Shown: positions 29,821-38,308 of the stretch, piece by piece
Layout: each line of letters starts with the position of its first letter
How positions within the stretch are numbered: the first letter of the stretch is position 1
DNA from: Candidatus Poribacteria bacterium
GTDB lineage: Bacteria; Poribacteria; WGA-4E; WGA-3G
Assembly (NCBI GenBank): GCA_012267415.1
Contig: JAAXGN010000008.1
Span: 719 to 64,718, forward strand
Direction of reading: 5' to 3'
DNA: 64,000 nt
Translations under genes and position numbers: made by a program
The notes under the pieces: generated by a model
The model's input: only the letters and a program-made list of their open reading frames with translations
The model's database searches: none
What the model was told of the DNA's origin: nothing

Positions 29821-31374
29821 ATGTTTGATATTGTTTACTTAGGACGAAGATGTGTCCGTTTCATCAGAAGATATCCTCGCACCTGGACTGCTATCGGGTT
29901 TCTGCTCACGTTTGGTATCGGCATCTGGGTTGGACGGGTCGTCAAATTTGAGAGAGTGCCTGATTATGTCCAGTCTTACACAGACCCAGTGAAAACGGAT
30001 GAAACGAAACAGGTGTTTCCGGGTGTCGTCCATAGACAGATATTAGATGATGGTGTTTTGACGAACATCCTGTCTGTTTCACCAGATGCGGTTGACATCC
30101 GTCCCTATCGCGCGATGAGTGCTGCAATTGGCACAGAGGATCTGCCATCAATTGCACGACGAAACAGAGCACCTATTGCAATAAATGGCGGTTTCTATGA
30201 GACGTCCGGTACGTTTAGAGGAGAGTCTGTCGGTGCACTAAAGATTGACGGTGAATGGATCAGTGAACCAGAACAGGGACGCGGCGTTGTCGCTTTCAAA
30301 ACCGTTGATGGAAAAATCGAAACATCTATAGATAGAATAGCACTTCAGCACAGGATCTTGTTACCCAACGACATGTCAATAGAAATTGATGGCATTAATC
30401 GTGGTAGACAACGAAACGAATTGCTGTTATATCGCCCAAACTTCCATTTTGTTACCTTAACAATGCCTGAGGGGGTTGAAGTTGTCGTAAGGGACAACAT
30501 CGTTACCGACATTCGTGATGGACAAGGAAGTACCCCAATTCCGAAGGATGGATATATCCTATCAGCAACTGGACGAAAGCGAGGATTGCTATTAGAACAC
30601 ATAAAAATCGGTGATGCAGTTAGGATTCAAGAAAAGGTTATACCTGAAAAGGTTGGGGAGAGTAAGTTCTGGGAAGATTTTACGCATATTATCGGTGGTG
30701 GACCTTTGCTGCTAAGAAATGGTGTCGTGTCAACGAGAGATGCCTTTGAACGTGAAGGGTTTGATAGTGCATTTCACAGTTTTTGGCATCCGAGAACCGC
30801 TATCGGTAAAAAGGCGGATGGAACACTCTTCTTTGTAACGATTTCTGCTGCTAAACCCGGCGTCCGACGTGGTGTCATGCTTCACAAACTTGCAAGGCTT
30901 TTTGTTGAATGGGGCGCGACAGACGCTGTCAACTTGGATGGCGGTTTTTCTACGATGATGGTTATTCGGAATGAGGTCGTCAGTATCAAACTAACACGAC
31001 CTGACAAATCAGAAGTTGAGGAAAAGCAGAAAACGTCTGAGAAAGAGAAACAAATCGAGCCAACAAAACATGACAATGGCAAGAAACCAGATGAACAGAG
31101 CAAACAGCCAGATAAGATTGTGAAAGATGCTACATCTGACAACAAGGTAGCAGAAAAGAAAACACCTGAGCCAGTTAACATAATAAAAGAAACTAAGGCT
31201 GATACAGCGGACGAAAAACCCGTAGCGAAAGCACCTACTGAGAGGAACGCAAGAGTTGGTCGGGGAAACCGACGCGTCAGACCTATGCCAAGGTTCCAGG
31301 GACGCGCAATTTCAGATGCTATTCTGATTTTCCCAAAAAGTTCTCCCAAAAAACGTATTGGAAACGCAAAATAA
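29821..31374 (+). CDS. phosphodiester glycosidase (DUF2233) family protein with Lys/Glu-rich C-terminal tail
   Basis: N-terminal TM segment, then IAINGGFYE, GGGPLLLRNG, PRTAIGKKADGTLFFVTI and AVNLDGGFSTMMV. The tail is low-complexity (KSEVEEKQKTSEKEKQ...). Confidence 0.75.
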   Translation: MFDIVYLGRRCVRFIRRYPRTWTAIGFLLTFGIGIWVGRVVKFERVPDYVQSYTDPVKTDETKQVFPGVVHRQILDDGVLTNILSVSPDAVDIRPYRAMSAAIGTEDLPSIARRNRAPIAINGGFYETSGTFRGESVGALKIDGEWISEPEQGRGVVAFKTVDGKIETSIDRIALQHRILLPNDMSIEIDGINRGRQRNELLLYRPNFHFVTLTMPEGVEVVVRDNIVTDIRDGQGSTPIPKDGYILSATGRKRGLLLEHIKIGDAVRIQEKVIPEKVGESKFWEDFTHIIGGGPLLLRNGVVSTRDAFEREGFDSAFHSFWHPRTAIGKKADGTLFFVTISAAKPGVRRGVMLHKLARLFVEWGATDAVNLDGGFSTMMVIRNEVVSIKLTRPDKSEVEEKQKTSEKEKQIEPTKHDNGKKPDEQSKQPDKIVKDATSDNKVAEKKTPEPVNIIKETKADTADEKPVAKAPTERNARVGRGNRRVRPMPRFQGRAISDAILIFPKSSPKKRIGNAK

Positions 31375-31500
31375 GGATGCGCCAAGAAGATCGCGTCAAT
31401 AACGACATTTAGTTTTATTTTCTGGAATTTTAAGGTTTTTTATGGTAAAATGTACATAAGATGAAAAATAATGCAGAGAATCTCAAAAAAGGATGATCAC

Positions 31501-33414
31501 ATGAAAAGAAATACAGGTTTATTTTCTTCCGACACATGTAATTGGGTAACGCGTAAGAAACTGCTGCATCTGTTGACAATCAACGTTTCTTGTTTGGTGC
31601 TTCTGTTTCTTGTGTTTTCGGCACAAGCACAACAACGTTTCGCAGATGAAATTGGACAAGTTGCAGTTCGTGAAGTTACATCAACATCCCCCTTAGTTGT
31701 TCCCTATATTACGTGGGGTGGCGAATCCGCTCTATTCCACGCAAACGGTGGATTGACAACGCAGACTGGCACAATCATGGCAAAACAGGGATTGAACCTA
31801 AAATTAGTGCCTGGAGATAACTTTCAGCAGCAAGTACGGGACTATCTTAGCGGTAAATCACCGATTTTACGGGGAACGTTTAGAATGATCGCACAAGCAA
31901 GTGAGGTTGTCGGACGCGATCCACGCACAAAACCCGTTGTATTTGGACAACTCACGTGGTCTGCTGGTGACCATTTCGTGGGAAGAGCGAATATACGTAA
32001 GATTTCTGATCTAAGTGGAAAGAAGATCGCTATCCAAAAGGGTGGACCTCATGTCGGTATGTTATACGATATGTTAAAGACCGCACGACTCTCAAAAACC
32101 AATGTTCAAATCGTGTGGGTTGACGAACTTACAGGTGCAAACGGTCCCGCAGAAAAATTCCGAAGTGATACATCCATCGCAGGATGTTTTGTCATCACAC
32201 CTGATATGATCGGATTGACAGGAGGGCCTGATAATACCGGAACAGGAGCTGAAGGAACAGTCAAAGGGGCACATGTTGTCGTTAGTACTGCAACACTCTC
32301 ACGTTCAATCGCCGATGTTTATGCATGTCGTAAGGATTTCTATGACCTCTATAAACCGCTAATTGAGAAATTTTTTGCAGGGTATCTAAAGGGTGCTGAG
32401 GAGGTCGTAGATCTTAAAAAGACATATCAGAGAAGTGGATCAACGCAATACACGAGATTGCTCACCATGATGCAGAATATCTACGGCAAAGACGTTCTGC
32501 CGACGCTTGAGGAGGATGCTCACGGCTTAATAGCAGATTGCACCTTCGTAGGACAACCCGGTAATGTCGCATTCTTCAACGATCCGAAGAATACCATCAC
32601 AGGTTTTGAAGGATTTAATAAGGCTGGCTTGGATATGGCGGTTAACTGGGGATTTGCAAGACAACGATACGCACTCCTGCCATCTGATTTAAACTTCAAT
32701 TCAAATGAATTTAAGAGTATCCTTGCTACAACCGTCGCTGCACCGACACAGCTAAAACAGACCCGTTTCAAAAAGGAGACTGTCCGCGCAGAGATTGAAT
32801 CGTTTAATGAGGACGCTGTTCTTGACGAAAAAACACTCATATCATTTACTATTCAATTTGATGCCAATGTAGAAACATTTAGTGGTGCAAAATATCAAGA
32901 AGAATTTGACAGAGTCCTTGAACTCGCCGCAAAGTATGGAAACGCGGCAATAGCAATAAAAGGTCACAGCGATCCTACGCGAACGCTTCGAGTTTTAGTA
33001 CAAGCAGGAAAAGCTAAAGGGGTTCTCAAACAGACAGGCACAACAGGAAACTATAAATACTATATGCAAGGTAAACCGCTGAGTCTTGAAAACACTGCAG
33101 AATTAATTCGCCTTATAGAACAGAAAACGTTTGATGATGGAACCGATGTTGACAGTCCTTATCAAGTGATGCGGGCAGCACTCAAGCTTTCTGAACAGCG
33201 TGGTGAAGCGGTGAAGCAGGCACTCATCGACTATGCTCGGACTAAGAACGCACGAATTGATACGGACCAGATTGTCCCTGTTGGGGTTGGAATTAAGGAA
33301 CCTATTATCCCAAAACCTTCAAGTCTTGAAGAAGCAGCGGTAAACCGTCGTGTAGAATTTGCACTCATTAAGGTCTCTGCTGAAGCAGTTGCTGCATCCG
33401 ACTTTGACTTTTAG
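31501..33414 (+). CDS. secreted fusion of an NMT1/SsuA-like substrate-binding domain and an OmpA-like domain
   Basis: Signal peptide ending FSAQA. SBP-like segment KIAIQKGGPHVGMLYDMLK..VQIVWVD. The C-terminal OmpA-like region runs IAIKGHSDPT, then an insert of about 60 aa, then LKLSEQRGEAVKQAL...AVNRRVEFALIKV. ATG at 31501 (AAGGA 7 nt upstream); the alternative start is 31471. Confidence 0.65.
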   Translation: MKRNTGLFSSDTCNWVTRKKLLHLLTINVSCLVLLFLVFSAQAQQRFADEIGQVAVREVTSTSPLVVPYITWGGESALFHANGGLTTQTGTIMAKQGLNLKLVPGDNFQQQVRDYLSGKSPILRGTFRMIAQASEVVGRDPRTKPVVFGQLTWSAGDHFVGRANIRKISDLSGKKIAIQKGGPHVGMLYDMLKTARLSKTNVQIVWVDELTGANGPAEKFRSDTSIAGCFVITPDMIGLTGGPDNTGTGAEGTVKGAHVVVSTATLSRSIADVYACRKDFYDLYKPLIEKFFAGYLKGAEEVVDLKKTYQRSGSTQYTRLLTMMQNIYGKDVLPTLEEDAHGLIADCTFVGQPGNVAFFNDPKNTITGFEGFNKAGLDMAVNWGFARQRYALLPSDLNFNSNEFKSILATTVAAPTQLKQTRFKKETVRAEIESFNEDAVLDEKTLISFTIQFDANVETFSGAKYQEEFDRVLELAAKYGNAAIAIKGHSDPTRTLRVLVQAGKAKGVLKQTGTTGNYKYYMQGKPLSLENTAELIRLIEQKTFDDGTDVDSPYQVMRAALKLSEQRGEAVKQALIDYARTKNARIDTDQIVPVGVGIKEPIIPKPSSLEEAAVNRRVEFALIKVSAEAVAASDFDF

Positions 33415-33426
33415 TCCTTTTTAAAT

Positions 33427-33528
33427 AGGAGAACTTAAAAGTAGTAGGCACTCTCCGAGTGCCGTCTATTAGGAGAACTTAAAAGTAGTAGGCACTCTCC
33501 GAGTGCCGTCTAAATAGTTAGGAGAACC
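33427..33528. repeat. 2.2 tandem copies of a 44-nt unit, each with an SD-like AGGAG and a GTAG hairpin
   Basis: The unit is aggagaacttaaaaGTAGtaggcactctccgagtgccgtcta(tt). Copies start at 33427 and 33471, with a partial third copy aggagaacc at 33520. That third copy serves as the RBS for the GTG start at 33530. Confidence 0.85.
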
Positions 33529-33529
33529 T

Positions 33530-34471
33530 GTGAAACTTTCAATAGTGACATCTATTTTACTTCTAAGTGCCTTCCTAATTGTTAACGTTTGTATAGCAGA
33601 AAACGGCGTTCATACGGATAATATCATCGTAATCCTTGATGCTTCCGGTTCTATGAAGGACAAATTCCGAGGAGACGAGACCAAGTCTAAGATGGACGCG
33701 GCAAAGGAAGCACTCCAAGAAGTGTTGGCAAAAATTCCTGATGGTACCAATATAGGTGTGCTTGTTTTTTCTGGACGCAATGTGCCGAATGAATGGGTAT
33801 ATCCACTGGGACCGAAGGACACCAATAAGTTAATTGAAGCAATCAATCGTCCCGAACCAGAAGGCGGTACACCCCTCGGGAGATATATACGTATCGGGGC
33901 AAACCGACTGCTGGAACAACGCGAGAAACAGTATAACTACGGAAACTATCGGTTGTTAATTGTAACGGATGGTGAAGCACAAGATGCTGAAAAAGTCACC
34001 AAATACACCCCTGAGATTTTGAACAGGCAGCTTCGTGTTGATGTCATCGGTGTTGATATGAGCACAGATCACCAGTTGGCACAGGAAGCGGATAGTTATC
34101 GAAAGGCAGATAATCCGGGCGAACTCGTTGCTGCTGTCTCACAGATACTCGCGGAAACAGGTGGAACTGCTACGGATGTTGGGGGTGAAGAAGCTTTTGA
34201 CGATATTGCACCCCTTACAACTGAAATCGCTTTAGACCTAATTCAACGGATTACAACGCCAGCAAGTAATGAAGCAATAGCAATTGAAACAACTGCTACA
34301 GTGCCGAAAAAACCGAATACACCGACACAACCGCAGCAAACAACGCAACAACCTGACGGTAGAGGCGGGGTTTCCCCGCCCGTCCGAGGCGGTAACACAC
34401 CATGGATACTTATCGGACTTGTTGTCTTAGTTGCAGGTTACATCATTTTTAGACGAATGGGAAGACAGTAG
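33530..34471 (+). CDS. secreted vWA-domain protein with C-terminal TM anchor
   Basis: Signal peptide, MIDAS residues DASGSM, GGTPLG and VTDGEAQD, a Pro/Thr/Gln-rich linker, and the C-terminal TM segment WILIGLVVLVAGYIIF. The start is GTG with AGGAG 5 nt upstream. Confidence 0.8.
   Translation: MKLSIVTSILLLSAFLIVNVCIAENGVHTDNIIVILDASGSMKDKFRGDETKSKMDAAKEALQEVLAKIPDGTNIGVLVFSGRNVPNEWVYPLGPKDTNKLIEAINRPEPEGGTPLGRYIRIGANRLLEQREKQYNYGNYRLLIVTDGEAQDAEKVTKYTPEILNRQLRVDVIGVDMSTDHQLAQEADSYRKADNPGELVAAVSQILAETGGTATDVGGEEAFDDIAPLTTEIALDLIQRITTPASNEAIAIETTATVPKKPNTPTQPQQTTQQPDGRGGVSPPVRGGNTPWILIGLVVLVAGYIIFRRMGRQ
34359..34384. repeat. GTAG-footed REP-like hairpin inside the vWA coding sequence
   Basis: GTAGaggcggggtttccccgcccgtc is read in frame as GRGGVSPPV, within the linker between the vWA domain and the TM anchor. 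Confidence 0.7.
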
Positions 34472-34472
34472 T

Positions 34473-36080
34473 ATGGAAGCAAAAACAAAAAGTAGAGTCA
34501 TCATGGTAGCGAGCTGGCTGATTATTATCGGGGTAATCGGTCTTGCCTATAAGTTTCTCGTTGAACCACGACTTAGTGGGAGACGTGATAAACTCGTTCA
34601 AGATACCAGCACGCAGAATTATGACCACGAAATAAAAATCGCACACGACTCTTTTCCGGGGTACGCAATTTTACGATCCGTTGCTGTGAAAAACCTGCTT
34701 GATCGCCAAGCCATTAAACTCACCTTTATTGATGACAAAGCCGACTATGTCAAGAGAGTCCGGGACCTCAAAAATGGTAAAGTGCAGATGGCGGTTTTTA
34801 CAATAGATGCATATCTTAAAGCGGGTAATGTTGTTGGTGATTATCCCGGTTCAATTGTTTTAGTCATAGACGAATCTAAAGGTGCTGATGCAATCGTAGC
34901 ACATGAACGCGGTGTCGCTGCCATACCAAATCTGAGTAATCCTAACGCAAAGATAATACTCACACCGGACTCACCAAGTGAAACACTTGCGCGGATCATG
35001 ATTAACACCATGAGTCTACCGAGTCTACCATCAAATTGGCAATCGGATGCAAATGGGGCAGAAGATGTCTATAAAAAACTAAAATCTGCCGACCCAGACA
35101 ACCCGTACGCCTATGTCCTTTGGGAACCCTATGTAACAAAAGCACTCGCAATTGATGGTGTCCAATTGTTGTTGGATAGCTCAAAACTCAAAGGATATAT
35201 CGTAGATGTATTAGTGGTTCAACGGGAATTTCTAAATTCTCAACGCGAACTTGTTACCCATGTCGTGCAAGCCTATCTCCGGGCAAACTACGATTACACA
35301 AACCAACCGGATGGATTACTGTCATTAATTCAGGAAGATGCCAAGCAGTATGGTGATAAGTTGAATCAGAATGAAGCGAGTAAACTCGTCAAAGGTATTG
35401 AATGGCGTAACACCGTTGAGAATTATGCACATTTCGGAATTATCACCGGTTCAGCAGCAAAAGAAACCGAGAAACTTGACACAATGATTGAAAAAATAAT
35501 GCAAGTTCTCGTCAAAACAAAATCTCTACCATCCGATCCGTTGGCAGGTAAATACGGACAGTTATACTTTGAAGGAATTCTACGTGCATTAAATACAGAT
35601 GATTTCCATCCCGGCGTGCTCAGTAGCAGTGCCACTGAAGGTCTGGAAGGGATTCTTGTTGATACATCAGATGTGATAGAGGAGAAAGTTCGGGAAGAGA
35701 AAACACTAAATCCACTATCTGATGATAACTGGAACACACTTGCGCCAGTCGCAGCAATGAAAATTGAACCGATCCAATTTGGAAGAGGGAATGCGCGTAT
35801 CCTTCCCGGTAGTAAGCGCGCGCTTACCGATATTGCATCTAAACTCAAGTCATTTCCACAATACTATCTGCGAGTCGTTGGACATACACGCGCGGAAGGA
35901 GACGCTACAGCGAATAAGATCCTTGCAACGCAACGCGCAGATGCAGCGGCGAAGGCTCTCAGGGAACTCGGAATCGCAAATCAGAGAATACGCGCGATTG
36001 CTGGCACGCGGAACGCATTTAAGAAGCAAGGCGGCGAAGCACAAAGCGTGACTTTTGAATTGTTAGGAAAACCTTATTAG
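34473..36080 (+). CDS. membrane-anchored fusion of an NMT1/SsuA-like substrate-binding domain and an OmpA-like domain
   Basis: The ATG lies 1 nt after the vWA stop codon. N-terminal TM segment VIMVASWLIIIGVIGLAY and an SBP-like core. The C-terminal YYLRVVGHTRAEGDATANKILATQRADAAAKALRELGI is OmpA/MotB-like. Confidence 0.7.
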   Translation: MEAKTKSRVIMVASWLIIIGVIGLAYKFLVEPRLSGRRDKLVQDTSTQNYDHEIKIAHDSFPGYAILRSVAVKNLLDRQAIKLTFIDDKADYVKRVRDLKNGKVQMAVFTIDAYLKAGNVVGDYPGSIVLVIDESKGADAIVAHERGVAAIPNLSNPNAKIILTPDSPSETLARIMINTMSLPSLPSNWQSDANGAEDVYKKLKSADPDNPYAYVLWEPYVTKALAIDGVQLLLDSSKLKGYIVDVLVVQREFLNSQRELVTHVVQAYLRANYDYTNQPDGLLSLIQEDAKQYGDKLNQNEASKLVKGIEWRNTVENYAHFGIITGSAAKETEKLDTMIEKIMQVLVKTKSLPSDPLAGKYGQLYFEGILRALNTDDFHPGVLSSSATEGLEGILVDTSDVIEEKVREEKTLNPLSDDNWNTLAPVAAMKIEPIQFGRGNARILPGSKRALTDIASKLKSFPQYYLRVVGHTRAEGDATANKILATQRADAAAKALRELGIANQRIRAIAGTRNAFKKQGGEAQSVTFELLGKPY

Positions 36081-36179
36081 ATTCACACAACTGTTTACTT
36101 AGGTAATATATAGCGAACAGACAATGTATAGTAACACTCAGAATTATGTATACACTTATCCACTAACAAATACCCGCTT

Positions 36180-36204
36180 GTAGTAGGGCAATTCATTGCC
36201 CGTC
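36180..36204. repeat. GTAG-footed REP-like hairpin inside a MITE-like frame
   Basis: GTAGtagggcaattcattgcccgtc. It is flanked by atatagcgaac (about 36108) and, inverted, cactatagtg (about 36245), which resemble the TATAGyGAA ends of the other elements. Confidence 0.6.
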
Positions 36205-36276
36205 GTGCCAAGAAGTGCACATTTATTCTTAGGTTTCACTATAGTGTAGCAGAAACATCATTGGGAGGATAGAAGC

Positions 36277-37170
36277 ATGTCAATTAACAGAAACAGAAAA
36301 CAGAGAAAAATATCCAACCGTCCTTTATCACGTCGTGTATTCATAAAAGGTTCTGTAGGACTCGCAACAGCTGCTACAGCTGGCGGTGGTTTAATTCGGT
36401 CAGCGAGCGCGCAATCAGATTTTGGTGAGTACATACCGTACGATTCAACAAAGGATATTCACTGGGACTATAACCGGAACACAGGAAGACGTGAAATAAT
36501 TGAACACCACCATCCCGGTATGGAGCCAACAGGCGAAAAATTTACTTTCGTCCGCCTCAAATATGCCGGAGGAGATTGGTATACCAATCTCGTCAGAACA
36601 GCTCTCTGGCAGTCAGACCTAAAATTTACGCAACTGCTTGCTGCAAATACCGCAATAAATGTTGATTTACGACAACATCCACAATATGTTGAAATTGACG
36701 ATCCTTGGTTGTTTTCCTATCCATTCCTCTACATGACTGGACACGGTAGAGTTAGGGGAGGTATGCGGATTACGGATCAGCAGGTCGGAAAGTTAAGGGA
36801 GTATTTTGATCGCGGCGGATTCATGCACGTTGAAGATTGCGATTTCCGTTGGAATTATTTCTATCCGCAACTTGAACGATTGATGAAGCGGATATTTCCA
36901 GATAAGAAATTCGAACGACTTGATATCACTCACCCAATTTACAAAACCCTCTACATACATGACGAATATATGGGGGGAGACAAACTGATACCAGGTTATG
37001 AATTTGACCAAGCTATTTTGGATAAGGACGACAAAGTTATGGTCTACTTCTGTCCAAACGACCTCAACTGTGCATGGGAAGGAAGAACATGCAGTCCCGG
37101 TGGTGAAGAGCAACGTATTTGGGCATTTGAGCAAGGGATGAATGTTGTCGCTTATGCACTTACACGATAA
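36277..37170 (+). CDS. Tat-signal DUF4159-like protein
   Basis: Twin-arginine signal SRRVFIKGSVGLATAATAGG. FTFVRLKYAGGDWY, PFLYMTGHG and GGFMHVEDC match my memory of DUF4159. Confidence 0.6.
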   Translation: MSINRNRKQRKISNRPLSRRVFIKGSVGLATAATAGGGLIRSASAQSDFGEYIPYDSTKDIHWDYNRNTGRREIIEHHHPGMEPTGEKFTFVRLKYAGGDWYTNLVRTALWQSDLKFTQLLAANTAINVDLRQHPQYVEIDDPWLFSYPFLYMTGHGRVRGGMRITDQQVGKLREYFDRGGFMHVEDCDFRWNYFYPQLERLMKRIFPDKKFERLDITHPIYKTLYIHDEYMGGDKLIPGYEFDQAILDKDDKVMVYFCPNDLNCAWEGRTCSPGGEEQRIWAFEQGMNVVAYALTR

Positions 37171-37207
37171 GACTTATACGATTTCTAATTGATAATGTCT
37201 CTTTTTT

Positions 37208-37231
37208 GTAGCACAAACTGTTAGTTTGTGC
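37208..37231. repeat. GTAG-footed hairpin (TGTAGCACAAACT family)
   Basis: GTAGcacaaactgttagtttgtgc, with a partial second copy gtagcacaaa at 37251-37260. The same family occurs at 58480-58534. Confidence 0.7.
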
Positions 37232-37594
37232 TTTTCCCCGCTTTGTTTTTGTAGCACAAAAAAAGTTAGAATTAAAGATACATTTATCCAACATCTATTA
37301 AAGGAATATGTTCTTATTGATGATTCCTCTCTTATAGATTATAATCACTTTTGGTATAATAATGAACTCTGGTCTTTTATAGGTCCATCAATTGGTAGTC
37401 AAAAATCAGGTGATCTACAAGATATAAAAATCGGTGGTTATGCATTAACTTCTGTCGGTAAAGAATTATTCCAAATCACAAAATCAGAGCCACCACCAGA
37501 CTATTTCGAGAAAATCACTGATTACCTACAAGATCTTTACTCAATAAAACTTTATAACATGTCTAAACATTCACAAAACGCCAGCAACACATAA
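37226..37594 (+). CDS. hypothetical small protein whose 5-prime end is built from repeat sequence
   Basis: The only available start is the TTG at 37226, inside the repeat hairpin. There is no ATG start or RBS. It may be the truncated remnant of a longer gene. Confidence 0.3.
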   Translation: MCFSPLCFCSTKKVRIKDTFIQHLLKEYVLIDDSSLIDYNHFWYNNELWSFIGPSIGSQKSGDLQDIKIGGYALTSVGKELFQITKSEPPPDYFEKITDYLQDLYSIKLYNMSKHSQNASNT

Positions 37595-37616
37595 AGTTAA
37601 AAAGAAGAAGGACCTT

Positions 37617-38260
37617 GTGGTACTGAATTCTAAGGATCACCCCGAGCGGCATTTACCTAACCCAACTTTTAATCCACAAGAGCTCAGCGGCAATTGGAGA
37701 TCTGGTTGGGCTTTAGATACCCATACGATTTCAAGTCGTCTTATGGTAGGTGGAGTTTATGATACGGTTCGGACTGAATTAGGGGAATTAGTCTATCAGG
37801 CAAAGTATCATCAGGATAGGAGCAAGATTCAACTAATCACAGGAACTGCAGCTGAATTTATCAAAGAGAGTTTTAAAGTTGATGGATACGCTGTTCTTCC
37901 TTACATTGCAGCCATCATTCCTATTCCACCTTCAGATATGGATAGGTCGTTCCAACCCGTTACTGAAATTGCCCAAGAACTTGGTAGACTTTTAAATCTG
38001 CCGGTTCGAACGGACTTGTTGACGAAAATAAAAAAACAGATCCTCTTAAGAATCTTCCCAGTGAAGAGAAACGCAAACAACTTCAGGGAGCCTTTATTGT
38101 CAATACCCAAGATTATAAAGGCAAGTGCGTATTATTATTTGATGATCTCTACGACTCTGGGACAACTCTGACAGAAGCCACCAAAGTCCTTTATGAACAA
38201 GGCGATGTTCGGTATGTGCTTGTCCTAACGCTAACCCGAACGCGGACAGATAGAGGTTGA
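37617..38260 (+). pseudogene. comF: ComF-family phosphoribosyltransferase-like gene interrupted by a frameshift in an A7 run
   Basis: Frame 0 gives ELVYQAKYHQDR...IIPIPPSDMDRSFQPVTEIAQELG...LLTKIKK. The -1 frame from 38036 continues TDPLKNLPSEEKRKQLQGAFIVNTQDYKGKCVLLFDDLYDSGTTLTEATKVL...TRTR to the TGA at 38258-38260, which is the PRPP-binding loop of ComF-type PRTases. The junction is the A run at 38030-38036. Confidence 0.7.
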
Positions 38261-38308
38261 TGTTACGAATTTAAAAATTCCAACGTTAACTAATTGAAGG
38301 ATAAAAAA

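Noticed and set aside
30882-31385. 167-aa minus-strand ORF antisense to the Lys/Glu-rich tail of the DUF2233 protein
   Set aside because: It is the mirror image of a low-complexity coding region. The Ser/Phe/Leu-rich product is typical of antisense reading of AAG/GAA-rich sequence.
35423-36051. ORFs 35423-35848 (-), 35764-36051 (+) and 35850-36044 (-) within the second SBP-OmpA gene
   Set aside because: They overlap a longer ORF that carries recognisable OmpA-like motifs. There is no supporting signal.
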